Shown here in pieces: positions 14,001 through 25,292 of a stretch of 64,000 nt of DNA. Source of the stretch: Phallusia mammillata. Its lineage: Eukaryota. Within the stretch, counting starts at the first letter, position 1; each line of letters starts with the position of its first letter. Made by a program: the position numbers and the translations under genes. The notes beneath the pieces were generated by a model. It saw nothing but the letters and a program-made list of their open reading frames with translations. It did no database searches and was not told the origin of the DNA. Location: contig OZ281498.1 in the NCBI GenBank assembly GCA_965637545.1, positions 13,640,001 through 13,704,000 of the forward strand, in the 5' to 3' direction.

Positions 14001-17000
14001 TGGTGCAGCTTGTTCAACTAAGGCTAGCTCGATGCTGTTGGTCTATCCGGGCGAACTTTGCACCTCGGTATTACATCATTTTCAGACAGAAGTGTTTGTT
14101 CAACATAGTGCAGTACAGCCTAAAGCTGCATGCATACAGTTTCCCAGCAGTGTGATCGCCAAATTCGGTAGTTTGGTAATCTCTACCTCCTTCATTACTG
14201 GTTGCCTTTAGTAGATACTTGCCATGTTGATTTAGTTCAGTTTTGCAGTACGCAGTCCGACAAGGCGCAGTTGTACAGTATGATCTATTGTTCTAAGCAA
14301 GGGTAATTAGATAGCCAACCCACGTCACACGGATAAGCTGGGGTTTAACGTTTGTTGTGAGAAAAGGAACTTCTTCCTGCATGAACTACTGCGCTTTCTA
14401 TTTAAAGGAACTTATGTTTATAGCCTTTCTGCTGCTTTCGCGTAACTTAATACGTACTGGGCATTTAGGCAATACAGGTCTCTCCCTCAGTTTATTCAGC
14501 TGCCAGACTTTCGTGTTTGTTATAAGATTATAGTTAATTTAATAATTTATCAACCACTACGGCTTGATTATGTTGTTGCTACCAAACTTCGCGTTGTATA
14601 CTTCCACATTCAGATCCTTCTTCCGTAACTAGCTTCAGACTTTGACAAAGAAGCGAGCTGAGGAAGAAGCTACTGATTGCAGTTTCAATGCTTTTCCAAC
14701 ACTAAAAACTCACGAACTGTCTTATCGGTATACAGCGGTGCTTAAAGCTGTTTGGGGCCTAATGCCCTGCACAAAACCTGTGTTGTACATGTTGCTCTTT
14801 CTTGATTTGTCGCGACTTGTCGTTAATGAGCTAGTATTATTTTAACGTCTTACTTCAAGTGATTTATATCCATTGTTGTATTGCCATTGATTGAAAAATC
14901 TTTTAGCACCGACCTGCCACATTCTGGATTCGCCGCCTAAAAGTCCAAATGAGTTTTGTGAAACAAGTTGCCAAACTAGACCTTTGTAACATCTTGTTGA
15001 AAGGCCGTTATTCGTTGGAAGTTTGATTTAACGATACCGCGTTTTTATGTTTGCATATTTGATCTTACAAGGAACCTGAACCTAAAAGCTGTGGCCTCCC
15101 TGTCAAAGTCAATAGTAACTGCTTACGTGTCATCTTGACTTTCTTGGTTTGGTAACAGCACAGGTACTTAACCGTACACCGTACATTTTGGAAAACTGCA
15201 CCTAAACACCACACAAGAAAATGGCCTTAACTCTGTTTCTGGCTTCTCCTAATGCATCTCGCTAACAACTATTTTAAACTGGCGCTTAGAACTGTACAAG
15301 GCAATGTGAATATAAAAGCAACGGATCATTGAATTCGCTTCGTTCGTTGTTGGGTTAGGGAATCTCGCTGGGTTTTTGTTTGAACGGACAATTTGACTCT
15401 CACTGCGCAGTGAGGACTCTTGAACGCGCTTCTTCGACGCCACTTTCACTGGGAGTGCACTGAAACCCGAACTACTCCAAACGTGATGAGCTCACAAGCG
15501 ATCCACTGCTCATCGCTTTTCTATTAAGTTACCATGGTGACAAACTTGACAAATGCCATTTTACTGACAATTAATAAAAGGTGACATCTTTGGTCATTTC
15601 AAAGTTGGATGTTTGCTGAAATCTTGCTAGGTAATTTTATTGTAATCTTTCTGTTACTAAACGAACTCAGGTACCAATGGTTTTTAAACGTCGTGCTAAT
15701 TATAAATTCTTGACCAAGTAAAGCGGCATCGCAGACACAAGTGAAAATAAATGAACCTTGAAGGTTGGAAAAAAGTTATGTTTAAGTGATAATCCGTAGA
15801 CAACAACATTTTCCTATATTTTGAGATGCCAATCGAAAGTCGTTTTAGCCAGTTTAAACAAACGGTTCCGTTTGCACGCCCTCTTGGGGTTCACTGGTCT
15901 GAGGTATGGTAATTGCTTGGTCACACCTAACGCTAATGGTTTTTGCACAGACCCATTACAAGTCAACACCACAGTGCAAATTAGTTAAAGCACGCCTGCT
16001 CTAAAGCTCTTACATCGTGTTTCCACTCTATTTGGAACCAAATTTTATTGCATACCGAAATGTAGTTTGGTGGTCTCAAATTTATATCAGAGGTTGACAT
16101 GATTTTGTTTTTTGAGTACCACGTCTTTCAATCTGAGGTTATACTGTCACAGACAGGGTTGTTTATTGTTTTGTCATTTTGGTAAATGTGTTTAAGAGAT
16201 CAAAAGTTATTTGGTGTGATTGTTACTTGCGAAGGACAATGCTTGCTCTAGGAATTTGTGCAGAAAAGTGATTTGAAGTTAATCCGGAGTAAATTGATCG
16301 TTTAGCTATTTTTAGTCTGGCCATTTTGTATGCATCAAACTTGTTTCAATACGAACAGTACATGGCCTTTCTGCAAAATTTATTGGTATTTGAATATTTC
16401 TTAAAGCAGCAACATTTCATTTATTTGTTTTCAGTTGACACCCAACTGCTAGACATAGGCTTTCGCTCACATCGCGCAATAATATAATCTCGCTGATCGT
16501 ATCATTAATTGACCGCTCTCCAAAGCTCGATTTTGCGACTCAATCTTGGATTGGTGCTGTTCATACAGGGTCGCTGCAACCGCGAGTCCTGCAAGTATCT
16601 GCATCCCACCTATCAACTGAAACAACAGCTCGAGATCACCGGGCGTCAAACTCTTCTGCAGAACCGAGCCATGCTCCAGCAAATGTTGCCTTTACAACCC
16701 AGCGTTATGCCTGCTATTCCCCAAGGAGGACTTATCGGATACGAGGTAAGACTACTTTTTATAAATTTGATTATGCGTGGTTGATATTGTGCATAAAAGT
16801 GTAGTTCGGCTAAGTATCCATGAGCAATAAAATGGACTTGGTTGTATTGTAAGTCAACTATCTTCAAGAATATAACTTAGTTCGTTTTTTACATAACATG
16901 GTGCTTGATCTAATTTGTTTTGTATTTTATGTTTTCCCCGTACATATATGCAATTCAAATTGTAATTTTGATTAAGAAGCTGGCAAAAATCCACGTAAAA

Positions 17001-20000
17001 AAACGTTAGGATCCTTACGCTTAATCCAATGCTTTGTTGCACCCGGCAAATTAATAAGCTGTATACTGGTAATTGACATAATCATCAGTATTACGTGACT
17101 TTCGACTTTCCATGCGCTAGGCGATGACGTCAATAGCCGACCATAAATTTTACGTTCAAACATGGGCGTTTCTACAGTTCACTGTCAAGCCATTGTTTGC
17201 CGCTAATTTTGTTGACTTACAATCAACGGTTTTCGCTCCCAACTTACCCATTCTGTTTGCTACATTCCCTTGTGGCTCAGACTTAGTCATTAGTTAATTT
17301 TTAACCTGATATGTGAGTTTTGAGTAGGGTTCTACCACCTTTTAATGCGCTCATTATATGTGTTTCGTTAATTGCAAAAATTAAAATTTATGAGCGATAT
17401 ATAAAAGTTGGCTGCACGCAGTCGACCATGTTTTTTTTACAACAACCAAAAAAACTATAAATATTTTTCTTGGAGTTTTTGACCAAAAAGGTTAGTTTTT
17501 GGTACTTCTTTTGGTCTGTAAAAGTATCTGTTGTTTAAAATGATAAAAAATGTGTGCGCAGTTGTTTGTATGAAGCGGTATAAAACTAATTCGTAACATG
17601 TGATTTTTTATTTGCGAAGCAATATCGCATTTTAACCGCCACTGATATATTGCGCAGACAATATAATTACATCAGAAATACAATTTGCATCCCACGCTTG
17701 CTTAAAATCTTTGAAGTCGCTCCTAAAACAGCGGAGAAGTGATTTATCGAAGCTTCATGATTTCGCTGCTGTTGACATATGGTGCATATAAATACGTCAG
17801 ACCGTATCGCACTTAGCTGCCAACAAACGCATTTTCCATGCGCTGGAAAACCGCAGGCTTTATGTTCCATTATATAGGCCTCAGCCAACCAGCTCATACG
17901 CTTTGCTGTGTGCAGCTGCTCAACACCAACAGCGGGATACGAAATTAATTTGCTCCAGTTTCTTTCGTTTGTACTGATCTGCGCCTAACCGACATTTTGT
18001 TGATTTTGCTGTCGGAGAAATATGTGTGTGTTTGTGTGACAAAACATCATGTTTTTACGCACCATCCGAAATCCTAACCCACTCCTTGTGTCCGCTCGCT
18101 AACCTGCCTTGCTTAACGACTTTCACCCCTCAGCCCTAATTTGACCCCGTGTTTATTGATGTGCGCAGCAACTTACCGGCGGCAACGCTCAGCAAATGGT
18201 CAGCAGCCTGCATACGAATCCGTTGTATAGCCCTAACGTCGCTGCATCCGCTGGCACAGCTGCTTACAGTGTGTTGCCTTCAGGTATTGTGTTTATCATC
18301 TGCTGCAAACAGCTACACTTAATTTTGTTTGTTGTGCTTTAAACGGTAAATGTGTAAAAAATACTCTGATAAAGGTGCTAAATTTACACGTTCCTTTGTA
18401 AACGTTTCATGAGTTTCAGTAGTTTAGAAATTCCCCCGTTTTAAAGGCATATTTTGCACGTTCATCCAATAAGTTGTATTGCTTTATAATTGTTTTTTCC
18501 GACACTGATGCGTCGAAACTGTCTTCATCCAACTATAAAAACATTATTTACCAGACTTGGCGTCCATCAACCAGCATTACATGACGTATTATCCCATCGC
18601 AGCATCACCTGGCCACCAGTTGGCCCTCGCGCAGCACCCTGTATCGCCTCAAGTGGCCGCTATGATTCCAGCCTCTGGAGCTTTACGTGCTGACAAACTT
18701 GAGGTAAGAAACAGCGGAGTAATATTTGAGATTAGGTGATCTTATGTCTTGTTCATTGATAATAAAATTAAACACATTTATATACGGGTCAATCTTTGAA
18801 ATATACTATTTGCCAAAACAACAAATTATTTCCAGTTGTGGTAACTGTGTTTATGGCCTTAGAACTAAGATTTGCCCTAAATTTCTGATGGGGGTGAAGG
18901 GTGTATTGCTGTCTTTATTTGAGTTTTCGTTATGGTGGAAATGAGTCGAACGTGATAATAACCTTAGCGCATGACTCAACCAAAACAATTCAGTTTGAAT
19001 CCATCAGCTTGACAGTGCAAAGCGTGATTGGGTTTCCTGTTGTCTACCACTCTGTGAAGTACTCTCCCTAGTCGGTTAGTTTTGGCCGCGGCGATTTCGG
19101 GCGCAAACCCAACCTCAAGGTGATTTGCTTTCGCCAGCCGCCGCATTCCTAAACACCATGATGTTTTCGCTTCACCTCCCGTCGCCTTTTAAAGCGTCTC
19201 TAGTTTCCAGTTCCTCGGTAGTTTCTCGTTAAGGGCGGTGGTGGGTTTAGACCCGGTCTGTTGCGCTTACCTCGACTAACGTGCCAACATCGGTCATCAC
19301 GCTGCACGCCCTAATGCTTGTGACAAGCGAGATTCTTGCCCCGAGTTGGCGGCAACACCTGAACTATCTCACCCCGTCACGGCAAGTTTCCGTTGTACAG
19401 GCGACACCCAACTTGTTCCATTTTCGACGCACGTTTATCAATAAAAACTGTGCGCAATTTTTATTGATTTCACAGCGCTTACCGCCTCATTTTAATATTA
19501 CCTCAAAACATAACTTTTATTTTCAACGCAGGAGGTACGTAATCTTGGGGAACGCTTGTACACTGAAAAACACCATAGATTGCAGTTTTAGCAAAGTATA
19601 TCGCATGATATTTAAATACAACTGCTAATAAAAAAATACAATCAATCTAATTGACAAATAAGCCTTGTCCATATATTGCGTTGAGATCTATTGTCCTATA
19701 ATTCACAGACAAATGTGATGAGGTTGCTATCAGTTCTTATTCGTAGTTTAAAAAGTTAGGGGATGTAGTGTGTAATAAGTAGGACATTGAATTTTTTGCC
19801 CCACTTGATATTGTCGTGTATTTAATGCATCAAACAATTGCTTGCTTAAAAAGACAATGTTTATTATTTCTCAGGTTTGTCGCGACTTCCAGCGTGGTAA
19901 CTGCACTCGTGGCGAATTTGAGTGTCGCTACTGCCACCCACCGGACAGATCGATGATTGACGTCACAGACAATACAGTGACGGTTTGTATGGATTACATA

Positions 20001-23000
20001 AAGGGGCGTTGTACCAGAGAGAAGTGCAAGTACTTTCACCCACCAGCTCACTTACAGGTTTGTAGTGTAAAATCGTTTTGAAAAATGCGTTTGTTTTGGT
20101 TTGAAAAATAACCGGTTGTGGCACGTTTTCATGTTTGTTGAAACTGCTTTTAGCCAAAACACATAAAACGCTTTTGTTTGACTGTATTCTCACGAAAATT
20201 TTGCACCGAAAGGCAGTTGGTTTATTGGCACAATGTTGCCAAACAAAGGCAAATAAGAAAAAAACGGTAAACAGTATTACAGTCTTGATTTAATCGGTCA
20301 TGCATTTACGATTTGCCTTGATCCAGTTGTTTCATATTCTCAATACCTTTTCAGGCGCTAATTTCAAATATCTTTATCATCACTTTTGTATGTAATTTTT
20401 GCGACAATTTTAACACGGTGGACGTAAAATCATGTTTAGCGATCACCTACGATTTTTCTCAAAATCAACAATGAACTCGTAAGGTTAAGTTGTAAATCTG
20501 CAATCAATTTAACAATTACTTATATCACCTGGATTAATCAGTACACCCCTTGATTGGCCGACCAGTCGATTTATTCCTGCTCTAATTACTTGCAGGCCAA
20601 AATCCGGGCAGCACAGAATCCGGCAGCAGCGTTTCTGCCACCGCTTTCACACGGCACTCTCGCTACTTCTGCTCAACCCGCTGTCATGGTAGGTTTCGCC
20701 CACCCTGCCACACCTGCCACCATTACTGCACAATTGTATATTGCATGTTCTGTATCATGATATCGAAAAATGAGTCGTGTGAACTATTAATTTGAAGTTT
20801 TTGCATTCTACTACATTACTAACATAGACGTGTAAATCATTTAGTCTTTGCTTGAACATGTAAAATGTCATAATTTATACACCTGTAATTTGGTGAATGT
20901 CTAAGCAACGGTGGTAGGAGAATTTTTAACATGCATGGTGTTTTTAAAGTTGTGGGTTTGTGGCATGGTGTCCAGGTTGACATGAAGAAATAAGCTATGT
21001 CCAAATCGCCGTTTATTTAATTGTCCAATGATGTTTTTCAATTCCATGAAGTTTGAGAATCGGTATCAAAAACCATTTCTTTACTACCATGCCCAGTAAC
21101 GAGTGTTTGGTTAAAACGAACACATTAGATGTCACCTTGCATTTTTTGTAATTTCTTAACATGAAATTAGTTTCTGTTGGTTGCATTGCTTGAATGAATG
21201 GTGTTTTGCTTTCCAGCCTATACACGCTTTACTAGCTTCCCACCCTAGTGCAAGATTGTGTGAGCAATCGTAACCTGAACCCTATCTGTAATCTATTTTT
21301 GTGAAGTTTTATGTTTAGTTTTTCTGGCGATTAATTGCGATTTTTTGTGTTATTTCCCTTTCCCCTCTGTTTTGCCCCAATTCTTTGTACTTTCTCTTGC
21401 TCCCTTTGACCCTACACCCAACCCTGCTTGCTGATTGCCTGCCCCGCTATGCGATCCCCATCCGCAATGACCACAGGCCCCAAAAAGAGTTTTAACCTTG
21501 GAAGACGTGGTAATCTTCTTTTTTTCATCGAATAAAACGTTTTTTATTAATTAATAAACATATTGTTATAGGTCATAGACAAAATGTTAGTTATCGCCAT
21601 ATATATTAGGGCTTTTCTTTCGGCTTGATTTTTTGCTCGATTTCCCCCCATTTGCATGGCTCCTCGTACTTGTTCCTCTAACAATGCATGGCCAAATACT
21701 ATTCGGATGAATGATTTCATCACATCACGTGGTGATCGTGGTAGCATGCTCAGACATTAGAAAGTGACTAACTGCCCCGCGTCGCTGCCTGGTGGTTTAG
21801 CGAAATCTAAATATTGTGTATTGTCGATTGATCGTTGTTGGGAGGGTTGGTTCGTAAAACAAATGAAGTTTTCGGATGACCGGTAGGACGGGGCTTTGTA
21901 CAAGTCATCCACCCACCTTGTACCTTTTTTCCGAAATATCCCATTCCCGCTTGCAGATGACCAATGGATCAGCTCTGGGTCAGCCTCCGTTGAAGAGACA
22001 TGCGCTCGAGTCATCCATTATCACTTCGTCGGCATCGGGACTTGGCTCATCTCCTGGTTTGGCTCCGTCTCCGAGCGGTTCACAGAGTGCCGCAACTCTT
22101 GCCGCGCTTTACAGCTACAATAACGCTGCCTTGCAGGGTCTTGTCACTCTTCCACATCAAACCCTGCCCGCTGCGAACCCGACTGCATATTACCAACAGG
22201 GTACGTATATATTTGCTAAATAGCGTATAAATTTATGTATGTCAGTCTATGGGGCGTATATTTCATAACTAACTGTTTAAGCTAAATATGGGTCCCCTTC
22301 CGTGAAGGGGGCACATATTGTTTTTGTCCGTATTTCTTTTTTCTGTCCAACCCTGGTTTGTAACGCTCGTTTGGTCAAGAAAGAGTGCTTCAAATTTGGA
22401 CAGATGTTAGTTATTAATCGGAATTTGATCCTCCTGAAGTTTAACCCCGATTGACCCAGCGGTTCACCCACAGGCCCCCAAAACATATTTTTTTAAACAC
22501 TGGATTGTAACGCTCGTTTGGTCCAGAAAGAGTGCTATAAATTTACACAAATGTTAGCAATTGATCCAAATTTAATCCTCCTGAAGTTTGACTCCAAATG
22601 ACCCAGTGGTTCACCCACAGCCTCCCAAAACGTAAATTTTTAAATCGGCTTTACTGAGTAAAGTACATAATCTAGGGGTTTCATGCTGTGTTGGTTGGGG
22701 CAGTGTAAGGTATTCTAAAGAATTTTCCAACTTTTTATTGGATTCACCCCTAAAACCCCAAAATGATCGGTTTTAGTTTTAGGCCAGAAATACAAGCCCT
22801 AGTGTGCTGAAATGTTTAACATTGGGTTACTCGTTTGTTATTTAAAATATCAGCCAAATCTATCAAGTGGTTATCCGTAGGTCTACACCCCCAAATTTGT
22901 GTTAAAACGTTCACTAAATCTTCTGATGGAGTTTAACACTATATCACTCTGGTCCCAGTGGAGTTATTCACTGATTTGCGGGTAATACGCACAGCGATAG

Positions 23001-25292
23001 CTTCGCTTTTGTTTCGCCCCATGTTTACAATGGAGATAGTGATTACGCTGACGGAAACGAAACCGTGAAATTGCGGAATTTTTTTTGTGTGTTTTGCGCT
23101 TTGTTTTCACCCGATAAAGATTTTGTCGTTTATAACCTGCGATGGGATACGGTGTAGTCGATTGATACATTTTATACACAAGCTTGCTTGAGTAGTTGAT
23201 ATGCAATGGCAAAAAATAGCAAAAAGTGCAGATTTTCTTAGAATCTAAGCATAACCGGAACATTTGTTTACCGTTTGTGGGGACCCATTCGTTTTTGCTT
23301 GCACAAACAATCATATGTGTAGATCAAATTATGTGTATAGTAAATTGGTAAATATGATATACGTAAAATATATATTATGGAAGTATATTAGAAAGCCACT
23401 TTCTAGTTTTTTTCATAGCTTGCAATAAAGTTTTCGACAAAAAAAAGAAAAATTGTGACAGTGGGAATTACAGAGTGTAGTTGTGCCATACCACTACAAT
23501 CAGTTTTCTAATTTGCTAAGTTCGATTTTTAGCTGCCGGCGTTCCCATGCTTCAGCTTTATGGCAATACAGGAGGAACACTTGGTCCAGGAAGTGCAGCA
23601 GCCGCCGCGCAAAGCGCCCAGCTCGCCGCTTTTAACCTTCCTTCCACAAGTGCAAGCACCCCCAGCGCCTCCGCAACTTCTTATGCTTTCCTTAATGGAC
23701 AGAGCAGCCAGGTATATTAATTTTTATTTTTAATTAAAATAATGGTTTCTGTACTGTGTTTGTGTTGTTTTTTGTGGTTGTGTCTTGTTTTATCAATGCT
23801 TGTTTGTTTTTTTCGTTGTTGAATTAAATCATGTTTCTTGTTTGTACATGTTACTCAAACAGTGCAGTTTGTACAATCCGAAACATTTAAAACATTGTTT
23901 CTTTTCACCTTCAATGATAATATCTGCGCCCAACTTGACGTTTTTTCGTATGATAGACATGGTTTGTTTTTCTCTCCGTCTCGTTGAAATATCGTCATGT
24001 ATAAGGGATTGCAGTCTAAATCGTAAAAGCTGCACTGTTTGCTGTATTCTTGATTCCAACTTTTGCTTGCCGGCACTTGACCGACTAACCCAACACTCAC
24101 GCTTCAACGCTTTCCATGTTTTGCCCGCATCCGTATAGTTTTGCTCCGAATTCTCGGTGAAAACAGCCTCGTCGTCCCAGCAACCATCTCAACAACAGCA
24201 ACAACACCAGACTTCCAGTGGCCTCACCACGATGACTGTTTGCAGAGATTTTCAATCGGGGAAATGCGTGCGGCCGTACTGCCGCTTCGTGCATGTGCGG
24301 GAAGGTACAGCTGCCATCGAATGCAAGCGGCCAACTGTGTGCGACATAAACCACCGGCGGCATTGGCACATACAGTGTTTTCTAATTGCGCATTTCTTAA
24401 TTAGGCGAGTGGTTGTGGTGTGACGTACGCGTGTTGTGCGCATGATCAGCGCAATAAGCAATCTCAGCAGTGGCGTATGTTTTTTGACAATTCATGGTGC
24501 AGAATTGTCCACCAGGTGGCTACTATTTAACATAAAGCATCAAAAATCATAAAGCAAACATACCCTGCTGGTCTGTTTATGTATGTTATTGTGAAATTCA
24601 TGCACTCATAATTTGCGTCTGTCATTGCGATCATCTGTGTTAAAACATTTACTACATTCTATCATTGCAGGTTTTACTATCGTTCTTCAGTAATTCGTGT
24701 GCTCTTTGTAATTCTATGCACGGCGCGAATGCGAATTGCGTTTGCGAGCAATGTTTGAAATTGGTGATTTTAAAAAAACAATCACAAAACTTTCCTCCAC
24801 AGGTTGAAATACGACAACGCACATTTTGCTCCACATTTTTTATAGCGCTGATTTTTGGCTGAAACAAAGCCATTGACATACGAAACTGCCGATTGTTAAT
24901 TGTTTCCACGTTTTTCAGATTATGTTGAAATAAAAGACGACAAAGTAACGGTGTGCCGCAACGCTTTGCAAGGTGAGTTATATTGACAAAATGTTTTTCC
25001 TGTGAAACTATTACTTTGTATACAGCTGTGTTAAACGTGTAATATTCAATTATGCCCCGCAGGTCGCTGTGCACGACTCCAATGCAAGTTTTATCACTTG
25101 CCAGGCTCACCTTCTTCCCCGTCTGACGGTTCACTTCTCGACGCTCAACCCTTAGCTGCATTTGCCCCGCTTGACACCAGCGCGTCATCTATCAACGGTC
25201 TCGGGCATCCCGGTCTGATGCTTTCTGGTGGAATTCTTCCAACGATTCAACACTCCTATCCTTCAACACTCACCGACGCTCAAGGCGTCTGA
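2080..25292 (+). CDS. MBNL: Muscleblind-like RNA-binding protein with six CCCH zinc fingers (spliced; ~590 aa from ATG 2080)
   Basis: Exons 2080-2127, 2977-3102, 16569-16745, 18169-18283, 18555-18703, 19875-20057, 20596-20688, [21477-21509], 21957-22200, 23533-23711, 24139-24304, 24919-24972, 25063-25292; all GT-AG with matching phases. Translation: [16 protein letters not shown]|[42 protein letters not shown]|[13 protein letters not shown]... and RADKLE|[61 protein letters not shown]|AKIRAAQ. These are the MBNL ZF1/2 and ZF3/4 tandems; PLKRHALE resembles the MBNL NLS. Confidence 0.95.
21319..21476 (+). promoter_or_regulatory. AG-free ~157-nt zone with distant branchpoint candidate and YGCY cluster upstream of the MBNL micro-exon
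   Basis: No AG between 21319 and 21474; TTAAT at 21331-21335; long pyrimidine tract; tgct/tgct/tgcc/tgcc/cgct at ~21425-21448. Confidence 0.65.
21477..21509 (+). CDS. MBNL: 33-nt in-frame MBNL cassette micro-exon ([11 protein letters not shown])
   Basis: ccacag|GCC CCA AAA AGA GTT TTA ACC TTG GAA GAC GTG|gtaatc; phase 0/0; sits between the ...QPAVM exon and the PLKRHALE exon, the position of vertebrate MBNL1 NLS-containing alternative exon 5. Confidence 0.65.
22285..23408 (-). mobile_element. Second copy of the same modular element, inverted, in an MBNL intron
   Basis: ATGGGTCCCC 22288-22297 / GGGGACCCAT 23279-23288; hairpin CCCCTTC-CGT-GAAGGGG 22294-22310 next to the shared ggacaaaaacaatatgtg motif (reverse); ~147-bp tandem units (anchors 22364, 22511) followed by degraded copies; ctagtt end at 23403-23408. 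Confidence 0.7.
24139..25292 (+). CDS. MBNL: MBNL exons encoding a third tandem CCCH pair (ZF5/ZF6) and C-terminal tail
   Basis: 24139-24304, 24919-24972, 25063-25292 give [23 protein letters not shown]|[18 protein letters not shown]|[14 protein letters not shown]...AQGV*; both fingers are C-x7-C-x4-C-x3-H. Confidence 0.85.

Noticed and set aside
15921-15930. T-box half-site TCACACCTAA and scattered E-boxes in the MBNL intron
   Set aside because: Short motifs are expected by chance; conservation or chromatin data would be needed.
24305-24423. Read-through ORF after ZF5 ([10 protein letters not shown]...)
   Set aside because: Splicing to 24919 restores an MBNL-type linker and ZF6; read-through is at most intron retention.
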